Assembly (NCBI RefSeq): GCF_963921235.1
Contig: NC_086097.1
Span: 185,320,001-185,384,000 of the forward strand
DNA: 64,000 nucleotides
Source of the DNA: Mobula hypostoma
Taxonomy: Eukaryota
Reading direction: 5' to 3'
In this document: in pieces, positions 13,186 through 26,179 of the stretch
Numbering within the stretch: the stretch's first letter is position 1
How the letters are laid out: each line of letters begins with the position of its first letter
The notes under the pieces: model-generated
The model's database searches: none
The model's input: only the letters and a program-made list of their open reading frames with translations
What the model was told of the DNA's origin: nothing
Program-made: the position numbers and the translations under genes

Positions 13186-13688
13186 ATTTTGTAGGAGATC
13201 TCGAAGATCTTCAATCATAAGAAAGAAATATATCACCTCTCCATTCTCCCCGCCCCCCCGGTCCCTTCTCCTTCACTGAACTGCTGGACATCAGGTTCTG
13301 CTATTCATCATGAAATAAATGAAAGGCATTAGAAAGACACCTACAGCAAACTATTCAGCCTCTCCCCATATCTCTTATGAGGTGAACTAGCAGGGATGTG
13401 TAATCTGCTCCGACATTCTCAAATAACTTCCAGAACACATTTAACTCAAGATCTGTAATGTCCTAGATGGTGTTCTGATTTCTTCAGGGCTCTCCCTCAC
13501 CACCTAAACAAAAGTACATGTGAAACGATGAGTGCCCATTCAAGCAGCACTTGAAACTGTCAGCATTGTGTTCATTTCCGCGTGTACAGCTGACGTTGAA
13601 AGAACTGCAGTGGACATTTTAAGTGACCCTCTCTATCAACATTTTAGCTCCTTTATCAGGATGATGCCTGGTGCTTAATACAGGCTAA

Positions 13689-14648
13689 TCTAGCGTTGCA
13701 CCCTAACACCAACATCACTCTATTTTAAGATAATGTGAGAAAAGGTTTGTCTGAATACAGTGGGAGATAACATCACTAAAAGCTAAAGAGGTTCAAGCAA
13801 AAGCTCCACTGCTATTTTCTCAGCTCAGTTAAATATAAACAAACAAGATGTTGCTTTGTTAATATCCACTGCTCCATATTTTGTACTTGCACATTTAGAT
13901 AAAGTGTTATTATTTTGCTGCTGTTATTTTAACTAAAAAGGGTTTGCATACATAGGTAAAATGTTCATCCATCAGAGTAATAACTTGTCCTCAGAATGCA
14001 AAGATCTGTTGAAGTAAATGAAACTGAATTTCATTTCAAGGGAACTGGGGTGGCTCAGTGGCACTGCCGGTTGATCTGCTGTGTCAGAGCTGCAGTGCCT
14101 GGGCTTTCATCCTGTGGAGAGTTTACACATCCTCCCTATGAATAGGTAGGCTCCCTGCACCCCTGGCCCCAACAGCTCATCAAGATGTACAGGTTGATGG
14201 GCTATCCGGTCTCTATAACTTGCCCTAGTAAAGATAGGAGGTGGAAACTTGGGGAATTTATTGGAATGTGGAGAGAATCAAATGACATCAGTGTAGATAG
14301 GACCCATTTCCTTTTTCTATTACTCTATGACACCTAATTACCAAAGTTGAATGTCTTACCACATATGCATTTAGCACTTTTGTAAAAAGATGAACCACAG
14401 CACAAGCACATTTATACCCTTGTGAAGAGTCACCCATTAAAAGTGTATTTACGTATTGGGAAGAGCAAAAAGGAATATTCCAAGCATATCCTGAAGTGGA
14501 GCAAAAGCTTGCAGATGTCTGAAATAAAAGCGGGAAATGTGAAAATATTCAACAGGTCAAAAAGCAATCCAGGGGAAAGAAACAAAACCAACACTCATCG
14601 TTATTTCTACTGCATTGTAACAAATAATACCATTTTTGTTGAAGACTC
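13689..14648 (+). repeat. Local duplication, copy 1 (paralog of about 29707-30528)
   Basis: 13761-14066 matches 29741-30058 in direct orientation; 14127-14648 matches about 30062-30528 in inverted orientation. Confidence 0.92.
14049..14330 (+). mobile_element. tRNA-derived SINE (HE1/V-SINE-like)
   Basis: Head GGTGGCTCAGTGG (A-box-like), core GAGAGTTTACACATCCTCCCTATG, tail TTACTCTATGA. Confidence 0.7.
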
Positions 14649-15539
14649 TGTTATCCACACAACCATCTTCAAATCAATGACAATCATGTTCTGCTTTTGG
14701 AGTCCTTCATTTTGATCATCCTATTTTGAGTTAAGAGTCTTATTTGAAGCGTGAACTACTTTTGAAAACCTTTGAAAATTTATGAAGCTCAGCATATCTA
14801 GGCAAGCATTCATGTTTATGTAAAAGTATTGTAATTTTGTTTGCAAAATAATAATCTAAGTTTGGAAGAAGGCAAACATAAATTAACATAAAATGCAAAA
14901 ATATAAACACCAGTGCATAAATATATCTATACTTCCCAATATTTCAGAACATATACTTTATAATATTTTAATGATGAAGTCAAGACCTAAATACAGAATG
15001 ATAATTGTTTGCTTCTGGATAAGAAATTATACGACTTCTATTGTGGCAGAAAAAAGACATTCTATATCACACACAGCAATTATACTACATTAAAATTCAT
15101 ATCTTAAGCATAGAATGCATGTAGCATACTTAGTGTATAGAATTCAAAGATGTTAGAAGTTGGATCACAAAAGGAAAGGTATCGGACCTATGAAGAGATG
15201 AATTACCAATTCCACGTCATTGGCATGCAGCCAACACCAACTTCACAATCTAATACTTTAGTGCACTCTCATTAGATGTATTTGTAGTAGTTGCCAGCAC
15301 CCAATAAAATGTCCCTTAATTATGAAGATCCATAGATCTAGTATAAGTATGTTTTATTTGGTGTGACAAAAGGTAAATGCTGCTACCAGCCTCATGTAAG
15401 TAATTTGAGTAGTTGTAACACACTCAGTAGGGTTACGTGCTCTCCAATTTAAGTGTAACTTTCTGATGGCCACCTTAACCCCACATTGAACTCCCAAATC
15501 ATCTTCCTTGGACATACGTTGAGGAAAATGCTGCTAGAT

Positions 15540-16500
15540 TCCTAGAGAAATATAGCATGCTTACAGGGTCTGTCCATGCCAACCATGGTGCCCTTCAAAC
15601 TAACACCAATGTCAGGCATTTGGCCCATATCCATGAGTTTCTTAAGTAACGCTATTTTTACCTGCCTCAAATACTTCCTTTGACAGATAAATTCCATATA
15701 TTCACTTCCCTCTGCATGAAAAAATTGCCCCTTTCACTGTAAACCTATGCCCCATAGTTTTTGCATTCCCCTAAATATTGTTACCATCTACCATATCTAG
15801 GCCTTTTATAATTTTAAGCTTTTCTATAAGGTCATCTCTCATTCTCCTATGTTCCAAGGAATAAAGGCTGGCCAACTTCTCCTCATAACACAAACCATTC
15901 AATCCTGGAAACATCCTCATAAATCTTTTCTTCTCTCTTCAGTTCAATCACTTCTTTTCGGAAACGGTGACCAAAACCGTATACAGTATTCCAAATGCAG
16001 CCTCACTATTGACTTATACCACAACAACAATGTCCCAACTCCTAATCTCAGGGCCTTAACTGAAGAAGGCCAGCATACTAAGTGCCTTTTTCAATACTCT
16101 GTCTAACCGCAGTGCTGCTTTCAACAAACAATGTATTCGTACGTTTATGTTCCATTACACTCCCTGCTGTTCTACCATTCATAATACAGCTCCTACGTTG
16201 CTTTACTTTCACCTTATACTCATTGTTCTGGAATGCATTTGTACTCCTCGGTCCACTTTCCTAACTAATCAAGATCCTCCTGTAATCTATGATAACATTC
16301 TTTACCATCAACAACAACTTCTAATTTTGTGTCATCTGCAGACTGACTGATCAAACCCTATGCACTTCCATCCAAATCATTAGTAAAAATAATGAATAAC
16401 AAGGTCCCAACATTGATCCTTGTGGCACACTACAAGTCACTGGCCTCCATTCTGAGAAACAACCTCTACCACCACCCTCTGTGTCCTACCTCTGAACCAA
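15540..16500 (-). mobile_element. Old CR1/L2-type LINE 3' fragment
   Basis: Antisense of the CR1 RT end (GGTGACCAAAAC...TACAGTATTCCAAATG, TGTCATCTGCA); no intact ORF. Confidence 0.75.
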
Positions 16501-18241
16501 TTCAGAATCCACCAAACTAGCTCTTCTTGAATCCTTTGCCGAAATGACTGTTCTGAACAGTGCTAACTGCCACTTTCTAGTTCCTTTGGTGAAAGATTGA
16601 AAATGGATTATAAAAATATGTTGTTTAAATGGGATCATATAATGCTCGTAGCGTGTCTTCCTCACTTGACAAGTTAATTTAGCCTTCTCTGCGTGCTTTG
16701 CATGCACTTCCTGCAGGATGTAGAATAAACACTAAGCGATGACAAATCCTCATGTTACATTGATTTGAGCTAATCATTAGGCCCTGTTGCTGCAAAACAA
16801 GATCTGAACAACAAGAAGAAACACCAAGCCACAAATCCCCAATCTGCGTTACCTGAAAGAATCATCAATAGCGTGCAAAGTTTTTAAGGTTTGGATTACA
16901 GATCAACACATTCAGCAGAATGTGGCTGCTGAGTAATTTGTTACCAGCTCTTGTCTGAGCTGCAGTGGAATCTTGGGAGCCTGGTCAGAAGGGACCATAT
17001 GGTAGTAAGCCCCAACTATTGAAATAGAACAAGGAAGCAAGAGATCCGGGATCTATCTGAAATTGCATGCACAGTTAGGGCTGGATCCGCACTGTGCTCA
17101 TTGCTACTTAATGCAAGATTTCAAGCAGATGTGCCAATGCTGCAAGCATCTCAATGCACATGGCCATCATCCTTCATTCATTCAGAGGCTGATCCATCAG
17201 TGTCCTCACCTGTATTCTCTGGAGCAGAACTTTAGTGTGACCTCACCCTCTGAAAATGAGAACTGGAACTACCCTCCCCAGTGCGCAAGCAGCAGGCCAC
17301 TTATCCCACCTCTAACATACCCACTACTTGCAAAAGCTGCAAACATGCAATCACACTCAGTTCATGTGATATTGCTTTATAATACCTTGTTACTCAGCAG
17401 CGAGGAACTGGTAGGAGAGTGTGTGAGTGTGTAGGAGGCAGTCTGAAAGGAAAAGTTGATAGGATATGTTCTACTTTGTCTGTCACAACATGCAGCAACC
17501 TTCCCAAAACAGTGTAATAGTATGGTTATTGAAGATAATATGCTCTTCCCATTTAAGGAATATGTTAGCTGGTCCTGGCATCTCCTGCAGTTACGTCCCA
17601 TGAGATAATCCAGCTGATGTTGGTGTGATGCTTCAATGGTGACAACAATTACTATTCACCTCTCCACTGATGAAGGTAGAGCAGTGGATGTAGTGTATAT
17701 GGATTTCAGTAAGACATTTGATAAGGCTCCCCATACAAGGCTCCTTCAGGAAGTAAGGAGGCACGGGATCCATGGGGACCTTGCTTTGTGGTTCGAGGAT
17801 TGGTTTGCCCACTGAAGGCAAAAGGTGGGTGTAGATGGCTTATATTCTGCATGGAGGTCAGTGACCAGTGGTGACCCACAGTGATCTGTTCTGGGACCCC
17901 TTCTCTTTGTGATTTTTATAAATGACCTGGATGAAGAAGTAGAAGGGTGGGTTAGTAAGTTGCTGATTACACAAAGGTTGGGGTGTCGTGGATAGTCGGG
18001 AGGGTTGTCAATGCTTACAGCAGGACATCAATAGGATGCAGAATTGGGCTGAGAAGTGGCAGATGGAGTTCAACCCTGATAAGTGTGAAGTGGTTCATTT
18101 TGTTAGGTCAAATTTGAAGACAGAATATAATATAAATAGTAAGACTCTTGGCAGTGTGGAGGATCTGAGAGATCTTGGGGTCTGTGTCTATAGGGCACAG
18201 AAAGGTGCTACGCAAGTTGACAATGTTGTTAAGAAGGTGTA

Positions 18242-18260
18242 ACTTCCGGTTAAGATGGCG
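18242..18260 (+). promoter_or_regulatory. L1 internal promoter start (ETS-like ACTTCCGG plus YY1-like AAGATGGCG)
   Basis: ACTTCCGGTTAAGATGGCG begins exactly after the 5' TSD. Confidence 0.6.
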
Positions 18261-18365
18261 ATAGCTTAAGTCGCTAAAACTATTGCTCCGCTCCTTTTCA
18301 TATACCTGCTTTCTTTTATTTTACTTCTTACTCTTCCTCCCGTTATTGAATCCATTGGCTGCACA

Positions 18366-19238
18366 ATGAGTATTCCTAAGGCTACTAAATCAGCAAAAGA
18401 CATTCCATCGGGAGCCACCTTGAGTGAAATTGTGTTGCTGTTAGAACAGACCAGACAGGATATGTTTTCCCGATTTGGTTCGTTGGAACTGGAACTAGAT
18501 AAACTTAACTCTACACTGGAGAATCACACTCAACGTTTAACACGTGTTGAAGAAGTTACGGAGAAGTTAGATCGTCGTTGTCAAGAACTGGAAAAAGTCT
18601 GCTCTACCCTAAAAGAGCACAATAGCAAGATAACTTTTAAAGTTCTGGATCTTGAAAGCAGGAGTAGATGCAAAAATCTTCGAATTCTTGGCTTGCCGGA
18701 GGCTGTTGAAAGTGGAATTCCTGTCGAATTTTTCTCGAACTTTCTATGTGAGATTTTCAGAAGTGAAATACTTTCCAGTCCTCCAGAGATCGATCGAGCG
18801 CATCGCATCTTTACATTTCGCCCAGTGGACGGCCAGAGACCACGTCCAGTGATAATTCACCTCCATCGTCACCAAATCAAGGAGTTACTAATTAAAGTAG
18901 CTCGCCGAAGTAAAACGCTTCAATATGAAGGTCAAGCTATTCGTTTAGTAGAGGACTATACACCTCAAGTTATGAGTCAACGTGATGAATACAGAGGAGT
19001 AATGAATGTTTTTTATAATCGAGGACTTCACCTTTCTCTTGCCTACCCAGCCCAGCTCGGAATCAAGCTCGAGAACGGCGATTTTAAGCGTTTTGATTTG
19101 GTCGCAGAGGCACAGACCTTCATTGATAGCCTATCTGATATTTCGAGTTCTTCAGATATGATATGTTTTTTTTCTTTTCAGCCCTTTTCATATTTTTTAG
19201 CTAACGGTTATTTCCTTTATTTTTTTCTAATATTCTAA
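18366..19238 (+). CDS. L1 ORF1p (coiled-coil, RRM and CTD; Transposase_22-like)
   Basis: 290-aa open frame with a heptad-rich N-terminal half, LESRSRCKNLRILGLPE, EIDRAHR and PRPVII. The last ~30 hydrophobic residues are probably read-through into the T-rich spacer. Confidence 0.85.
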   Translation: MSIPKATKSAKDIPSGATLSEIVLLLEQTRQDMFSRFGSLELELDKLNSTLENHTQRLTRVEEVTEKLDRRCQELEKVCSTLKEHNSKITFKVLDLESRSRCKNLRILGLPEAVESGIPVEFFSNFLCEIFRSEILSSPPEIDRAHRIFTFRPVDGQRPRPVIIHLHRHQIKELLIKVARRSKTLQYEGQAIRLVEDYTPQVMSQRDEYRGVMNVFYNRGLHLSLAYPAQLGIKLENGDFKRFDLVAEAQTFIDSLSDISSSSDMICFFSFQPFSYFLANGYFLYFFLIF

Positions 19239-20311
19239 TCTTTATCTTTATCTCTTTTATTATCTATTTAATTCAATATATTTTGATATGATGGATTTCT
19301 ATTTTTCAGTATGGACATTTTCACTTTTCTTAAATAGAGCTGATTGTGAAATTATGTAATTAGACACCTTTTAAAAGTCTTCGGAGATTTCATTTCAAAA
19401 TGGAGTCAGTGTCGCATTATGAAATTATTATCGATTCATGAAGTGTTGTCTTCTTTGTTTCCTGTTTTTTTTGGATTTCAGTCTCCATTTTCTACAAAGC
19501 TAGATTTTTTAAAAAATTTAAAATGAAGCTGATGTTGCATTTAATTAATTAGTGGCTTAACTATGTCCTATTGAAGTGTTTTTTTTCCATTTTCTTAATA
19601 TTATTCTCCACCTTTCATAATTTTAGCTATTCAAAAGTTAATGAACTTTTTTTTTCTCTTGGTTAGATTATGCTAACTTTAAATAGTAGTCGATGCTGTA
19701 CCTTTAAATTCATTTTCGTGTTTGGATCAAAAATCCTTTCAAATGGATTTTCCTTTGGCGTTTTTTTGACCTGTGTTTCAAGATGCTATTTATGTTTTTC
19801 TTATCTTTATGATTTGGATGGATGAATTACTTGGATGTTAAAGCTTTTTTTCTGTATAATTGAGTTTACAGATGATCTATTTTTTGTTTATCAATTCCAG
19901 CGGGTAGGTTGGGGTAAAGTTCTTTCTAGATAATTTGTCATATGTTACAATTTATAAACTTTGAATGTATTGTTTTTTCTTATTAAGGTTAAGTTCAGTT
20001 CACAATTCTTAAAGCTTTTAGTGTTTTTTTTCATTACTATATTAACGTTGGAGTGGAGACAACTAAGATGTTACCTGGGGGGTTAGTTTTTCTAGGAGAG
20101 AGCTTGCTGCTTTATATTTGCAGCTTTCTTGCTGTAGGTTTAGAGGGTATGGGTGGGAATTCCAATGCTAATATTATATATGGAATTTTGACATATTTGC
20201 GCTATACAGGACGTAATTTCACCCTGTATTTTTCTTCTATACCTTTGCTCCAGAGTTGACATATATATTACAGATATGCTTTAATGCCTGCTATCTTTTT
20301 TTCTTATGTTC

Positions 20312-22660
20312 AATGGTTAGTTGGTTGAACTTTGTAAGCCGGAATGTTAGGGGTTTGAATCATCTGGTTAAAAGGGGGAGGGTGTTTGCACATCTTAAAC
20401 AGCTTAGAGAAGTAGTTTTTTTTAACGAGAAACACATATTCGTTACTCAGATAACTCTCGTTTTATGGCACAATGGGCAGGACAACATTTTCCTAAACTT
20501 CTGATCTCAAACATAAATTGAATGAGCCATTATCCTCAGAGGAAATATCCTCTGCTAGTTCTGCTTTGCAGCCTGGTAAATCTCTTGGTCCTGATGGGTG
20601 TTCTGCAGAATTTTTATAAATCATTTTCTTCACTGTTCTTATCCCATCTTAGTTTTTTCTGATTCTTTTAAACAAAATAAATTGTCTGCATCATTTGATG
20701 AGGCTTGTATTATTCTTTTAGGGAAAAAAGGCAAGGAACCATTAGAATGTGGTTCATATAGGCCGATCTCTCTATTAAATGTAGATGTTAAAATTTTAAC
20801 CAAAGTTTTGGCCTGTAGGTTGAAGACTATTTTACTCTTAATTATCTCTGAAGATCAATCTGGTTTTATTAAAAATCGCCTTCCCTTCTTTAATATTAAG
20901 GGTCTTTTTAGATCTGAATGTGTTATTTCTCTTGATGCTGAAAAGGCGTTTGACCGGGTGGAGTGGCACTATTTATTTGAGGTTTTAGAAAAATTTGATT
21001 TTGGACGTAATTTTATTAAGTGGATTAAGATACTATATTCTCATCCAATTGCATCAGTTTTGACTAATTCTCAGCAATCCCAACCATTTAACCTTAAACG
21101 TGACACCTGGCAAGGATGCCCTTTAAGTCCTCTGCTATTTGATCTGGCTATCGAGCCATTGGCAATTGTGTTTCACAGTTGTACTGAATTGACTGGGATC
21201 TGGAGGGGTGGTCTTGAGCATGAAGTCTCTCTATATGCCGATGATTTGTTACTTTTTATATCAAATCCGACCACCTCCTTACCTTTGATGTTTTCACTTA
21301 TTAATAAATTTAGTCAGTTAGCCGGATACAAACTTAATCTAAATATGAGTGAACTTTTTCCGATAAATAAAGAAGCACAAGCATTAGAATTTCAAAATCT
21401 CCCTTTTAAAGTAGTAAACAATTGTTTTACATATCTTGGTATTATAGTAACAAGGAATTATAATCGCCTTTTTGATAAGAATTTCAGTAATCTTTTAAGT
21501 TTTACAAAACAGAGTCTAGCACAGTGGTCACCTTTATCTATGTCTTTAATTGGGCAAATTAATGTATTTAAAATGTATATCTTTCCCAAATTTTTATACT
21601 TATTTCAATCTTTACCTATATTTATTCCTAAAGTTTTTTTTTTCTTTAGATTCTATTATCTTGTCATACCTATGGAAAGGTAAACAGAAAATGGGCTCAA
21701 TTTAGAAAATATCATGGCCTTTATAGTTGTTCCCTTTCTAGTCCTATTCTATACAATTATTTATTTCAACCTTCTATGCAGGATTCCATATTCCAAGACT
21801 GGTGTAGGAGTGGTATCAGGCGCTTTGAAGATCTTTTTATTGACAATCGGTTTGCAACTTTTGAACAGTTGTCTACAAAGTTTAATTTACTGAATACTCA
21901 TTTTTTTTAGATATCTCCAAATTAGATATTTCATTAGCCCTTTAATTTTCCTGAACAACCTGATAAAAATGTTGCAGACTTGTTTCTTCAAATGAACCCC
22001 TTGGGTAAAGGTTTAATTTCTACTATTCGTGTCAAATTTATGAATCTCAGACGAGCCCATTGTGATAAAATTAAAACTGCTTGGGAGCTTGACTTTGGTT
22101 TTTCTTTGTCCAACATGGTTTGGGATTCAATTCTTAAGTCAGTCAATTCAACTTCTTTATGTGCTCATCATTGTCTTTTGCAGTTTAAAGTTGTCCACAG
22201 GGCTCATATGTGTAAAACCAAACTGGCGAAGTTTTATCCTGACATTACTCCCTGGTGTGACAAATGCAAAGGAGGTGAGGCTTCCCTTATTCAAATGTAT
22301 TGGGCCCGTCCTACTTTGGAAAAATTTTGGAAAGATGTTTTTTTAACTTTATCTTCTATATTAAATTGTCATTTGGAACCTGATCCTTTGATCACTCTTT
22401 TTGGTATTTCTAGAGACTCGGACAAGCATTTGATCCCGTCTAAAAGACGAACATTGTCTTTTGCCTCTCCTTTAGCTAAACGTGCTGTACTCCTTAAGTG
22501 GAGAGATGTAATTCCCCCTACCCATGCTCAATGGCTTAGGGATATTATGTCTTGTTTAGATCTTGAAAAGATTTACTATTCACTTCTTAATTCGGACATG
22601 AAGTTCCATAAGGTGTGGGGACCTTTTCTTGAATATTCTCATAATTCTCACCCAGATTGA
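20312..22660 (+). pseudogene. L1 ORF2 remnant (EN mostly deleted; RT 20598-21683; C-terminal domain 21980-22660)
   Basis: EN N-terminus is joined to pre-RT sequence near 20495; further frameshifts and deletions follow RT. Confidence 0.9.
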
Positions 22661-24690
22661 CAGGTGTATTTTTTTTCTTCCCTTCATCTTCAGATCCTGC
22701 ATTTCCAACTTTCTTTAATTTTTTTGATTAGGTAGCAGGCTGCTTTTTTAAAAAATTATTATTATCCATTTCTTTTTTTACTACAATGTATAGCTCTGGG
22801 GTGATAAACGTTTATCTCAAATGTCCTTTCAAATATGTATACTAATAATATAATTGTTGGCTTGGAGTTGGATAGTGGGTGGGTTGGGTGCTTTCCTTTT
22901 TATTTTTTCATTTTTAATATGGGTGACTTGCTCATTTGAAGATATGTATTATTGTTATTTTTGTCTGTGTTGCAATGATCCTTCTATTTATACCATCGAT
23001 TTTTTTTCTTCTATGCTGTAGTTTGTAGAAAATCATAAATAAAATATTTTTTTAAAAGGTGTATGGTTTTTTGGCATTCAGCAACCATGGGATTGAGTTC
23101 AAGATCCGGGAAGTGATGTTACAGCTATATAGGACCTTGGTCAGACCACATTTGGAGTACTGTGTTCAGTTCTGGTCACCTCACTAAAAGTAGGATGAGG
23201 ATACTACAGAGAGAATGCAGAGGAGATTTACAATGATGTTGCCTGGAATGGAGGGCGTATCTTATGAGAATAGGTTGAATGAACTTGGCCTTTCCTCCTT
23301 GGAGTGACGAAGAATGAGAGGTGACCTGATAGAGGTGTATAAGATGAAAAAGATGCTTTTTCCCAGGGTTGAAATGGCTAACTCGAGGGGCACAGTTTTA
23401 AGGTGCTTGGAAATAGGTACCGAGGGGATGTCAGGGGTAAATTTTTCACACAGAGGGTGGTGAGTGTGTGGAATGCACTACGGGTGGCAGTGATGGAAGC
23501 GGATACAATAGGGTCTTTTAAATGCCTCTTAGATAGGTACATGGAGCTTAGAAAAATAGAGGGCCATGCACAAGGGAAATTCTAGGCAGTTTTTAGAGTA
23601 GGTTACGTGGTTGACACAACATTGTGGGCCAAAAGGCCTGTAATGTACTGTAGATTTCTATGTTCTATGTTCTATGTTCTATAACTCTAATATGCAATCC
23701 AGTTTCTAACATATTCAAATAACATACCATATAATATATTTAGAGCATAAATGTTAGTATATTATGATGCAAATAAATCACATATGTTGAAGTGGAAACT
23801 GAATTTCACAAAAATAAACCAAGTATTTTAAGTTATTTGTGGAGATGAAATACCATTTCTGTGGTTGGCTTGCATGATTTAGCACTTCTGTTGTTTTGGC
23901 TATCACACCTCCTGAACGATGCAAAAAAATGTGTCTGTGATTCCGCAGAACAAATACAGGAGTGGCAAAAACCTTGTTTATTCCAAGACCAATCATAACT
24001 CTGGATAACAATATGTATCTATGTGCTGCAGGCTCTGGGTTCCTGTGGTAATGTAGTTTGACAGATAGTTTCATTTGGATGGATAACGGCTCCTACATTT
24101 TTCAGAGAAAAGAATTGTAGATTCAAATGATACTCGGTGTGAAGATCCAGTGCAAACATTTAAAACCTTATGAAACTTAAATAAGAGACAATAAAATGTG
24201 AAGTGATAGAGTGCAAGATGGAGTAATAGTGATATATAATTTCATTTATAGCAAATGGAAGGACCATAATGAAGCGTGGACCAATGAGATAAATTATATT
24301 TGTATTTAACCCAGTTTGACCTTCGAATATACAGATTACATTGACAAAACTGCACATCACTGCAGTAAAATTATCCATCCCACGATCTTTGGAATCCTAT
24401 GCCAAAAATATCTGCAATAATTTACTTCTAACAAAATCTGCTTCTTCTGAGAAAAAGATTTTTGTAACTTGATACTGCAGATAGAAAGCAAGATGTTGGT
24501 TCACAGCGATTTTGTGTGTTTTGCTTTTGTAGCGATGAGCATACTGAAATATTGAACTATCAATTGTTAAGTCATTTGAGCAGGAGAAGTGCTTTCAGCC
24601 AGTCATGCCTGCCCAAAATTCAGTACATTCCTGGCTAATCTATGATGGTCTCAGAGCCTCTTCTGTGCCAATTCCCCGTTACCCTCAAGT

Positions 24691-25969
24691 CATAGAAACA
24701 TAGAAAACCTACAGCACAATACAGGCCCTTTGGCCCACAAAATTGTGCCAAACGTGTCCCTACCTTAGAAATTACTAGACTTCCCCATAGCCCTCTATTT
24801 TTCTAAGCTTCATGTACCTATTGAAAAGTCTCTTAAAAGACCCTATCGTATCTGCCTCCACCACCATTGCCGGCAGCCCATTCCACGCACTCACCACTCT
24901 CTGAGTAACAAACTTACCCCTGACATCACTTCTGTACCTACTCCCCAGCACCTTAAACCTGTGTCCTCTTGTAGCAACCATTTCAGCCCTGGGAAAAAGC
25001 CTCTGACTATCCACACGATCAATGCCTCTCATCATCTTATATACCTCTATCAGGTCTCCTCTCATCCTCCGTCACTCCAAGGAAAAAAGGCCAAGTTCAC
25101 TCAACCTATTTTCATAAAGCATGCTCCCCAATCCAGGCAACATCCTTGTAAATCTCCTCTGCACCCTTTCTATGACTTCCACATCCTTCCTGTAGTGAGG
25201 CAACCAAAACTGAGCACAGTACTTCAAGTGGGGTCTGAGGAAGGCCAATACACCATATGCCTTCTTAACCACAGAGTCAACCTGTGCAGCTGCTCTGAGT
25301 GTCCTGTGGACTCGGACTCCAAGATCCCTCTGATCCTCCACACCACCAAGAGTCTTACCATTAATACTATATTTTGCCATCATATTTGACCTACCAAAAT
25401 GAACCACTTCACACTTATCTGGGTTGAACTCCATCTGCCACTTCTCAGCCCAGTTTTGCATCCTAGCAATGTCCCACTGTAACCTCTGACAGCCCTCCAC
25501 ACTATCCACAACACCCCCAACCATTATGTCATCAGCAAATTTACTAACCCATCCCTCCACTTCCTCATCCAGGTCATTTATAAAAATCACGAAGAGTAAG
25601 GGTCCCAGAACAGATCCCTGAGGCATACCACGTCACCAACCTCCATGCAGAATATAACCCGTCTACAACCACTCTTTGCCTTCTGTGGGCAAGCCAGTTC
25701 TGGATCCACAAAGCAATGTCCCCTTGGATCCCATGCCTCCTTACTTTCTCAATAAGCCTTGCATGGGGTACCTTATCAAATGCCTTGCCGAAATCCATGT
25801 GTACTGCATCTACTGCTCTTCCTTCATCAATGTGTTTAGTCACATCCTCAAAAAATTCAATCAGGTTTGTAAGGCACCACCTGCCCTTGACTAAGCCATG
25901 CTGACTATTCCTAATCATATTATACCTCTCCAAATGTTCATAAATCCTGCCTCTCAGGATCTTCTCCAT
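24691..25969 (-). mobile_element. CR1/L2-type LINE, 5'-truncated
   Basis: SQHGLVKGR, DFGKAFDKVPH, PQGSVLGPLLF, KFADD and MRGDLIEVYK; (TTTCTATG)n tail. Confidence 0.93.
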
Positions 25970-26179
25970 CCTTCAAATATTAATCTCTCTCCACCATAAA
26001 TATATGTTATGATCTGGCCTCCACCACCCTCGGGATCAGAGTGTTTCAGAGATCCCTTAGCATTTGAGATCAATGAGTTATTGATCAATCTTCAACTCAG
26101 CAAAAAAGAGAAATGAGCACATCATGCATGTCAATGAAAAGGAGATTCATTTGCACCAATGACGAAACATTCTATATCC

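Larger units (their letters stand above)
18242..23055 (+). mobile_element. L1-clade LINE with intact 5' end and internally deleted ORF2
   Basis: TSD AAGGTGTA (18234-18241, 23056-23063) at a TT/AAGA target. ORF1 18366-19238. ORF2 start VSRNVRGLN near 20312. RT motifs SYRPISLLNVD, SLDAEKAFDRVEW, QGCPLSPLLF and LYADD. C-terminal CDKC motif, G-rich 3' UTR, AATAAA near 23037. Confidence 0.95.
17668..23682 (+). mobile_element. CR1/L2-type LINE (17668-18241 and 23056-23682) split by an L1 insertion
   Basis: The frame WAEKWQMEFNPDKCEVVHF...VVKKV resumes after the L1 as YG.LAF...RPHLEYCVQFW; (TTCTATG)n tail at 23657-23682. Confidence 0.9.

Noticed and set aside
12923..13220. ORFs with ER/RA or SL repeats
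   Set aside because: Translations of the CT/CG simple repeat within the MITE.
14049..14120. tRNA-like A/B boxes (also near 29300-29372, 30040 and 31170-31238)
   Set aside because: Degenerate SINE heads attached to a SINE core; no cloverleaf, so not tRNA genes.
23778..24540. TE-free AT-rich island with AG acceptors and short ORFs
   Set aside because: No convincing acceptor-donor pair with an open frame and no recognisable peptide.
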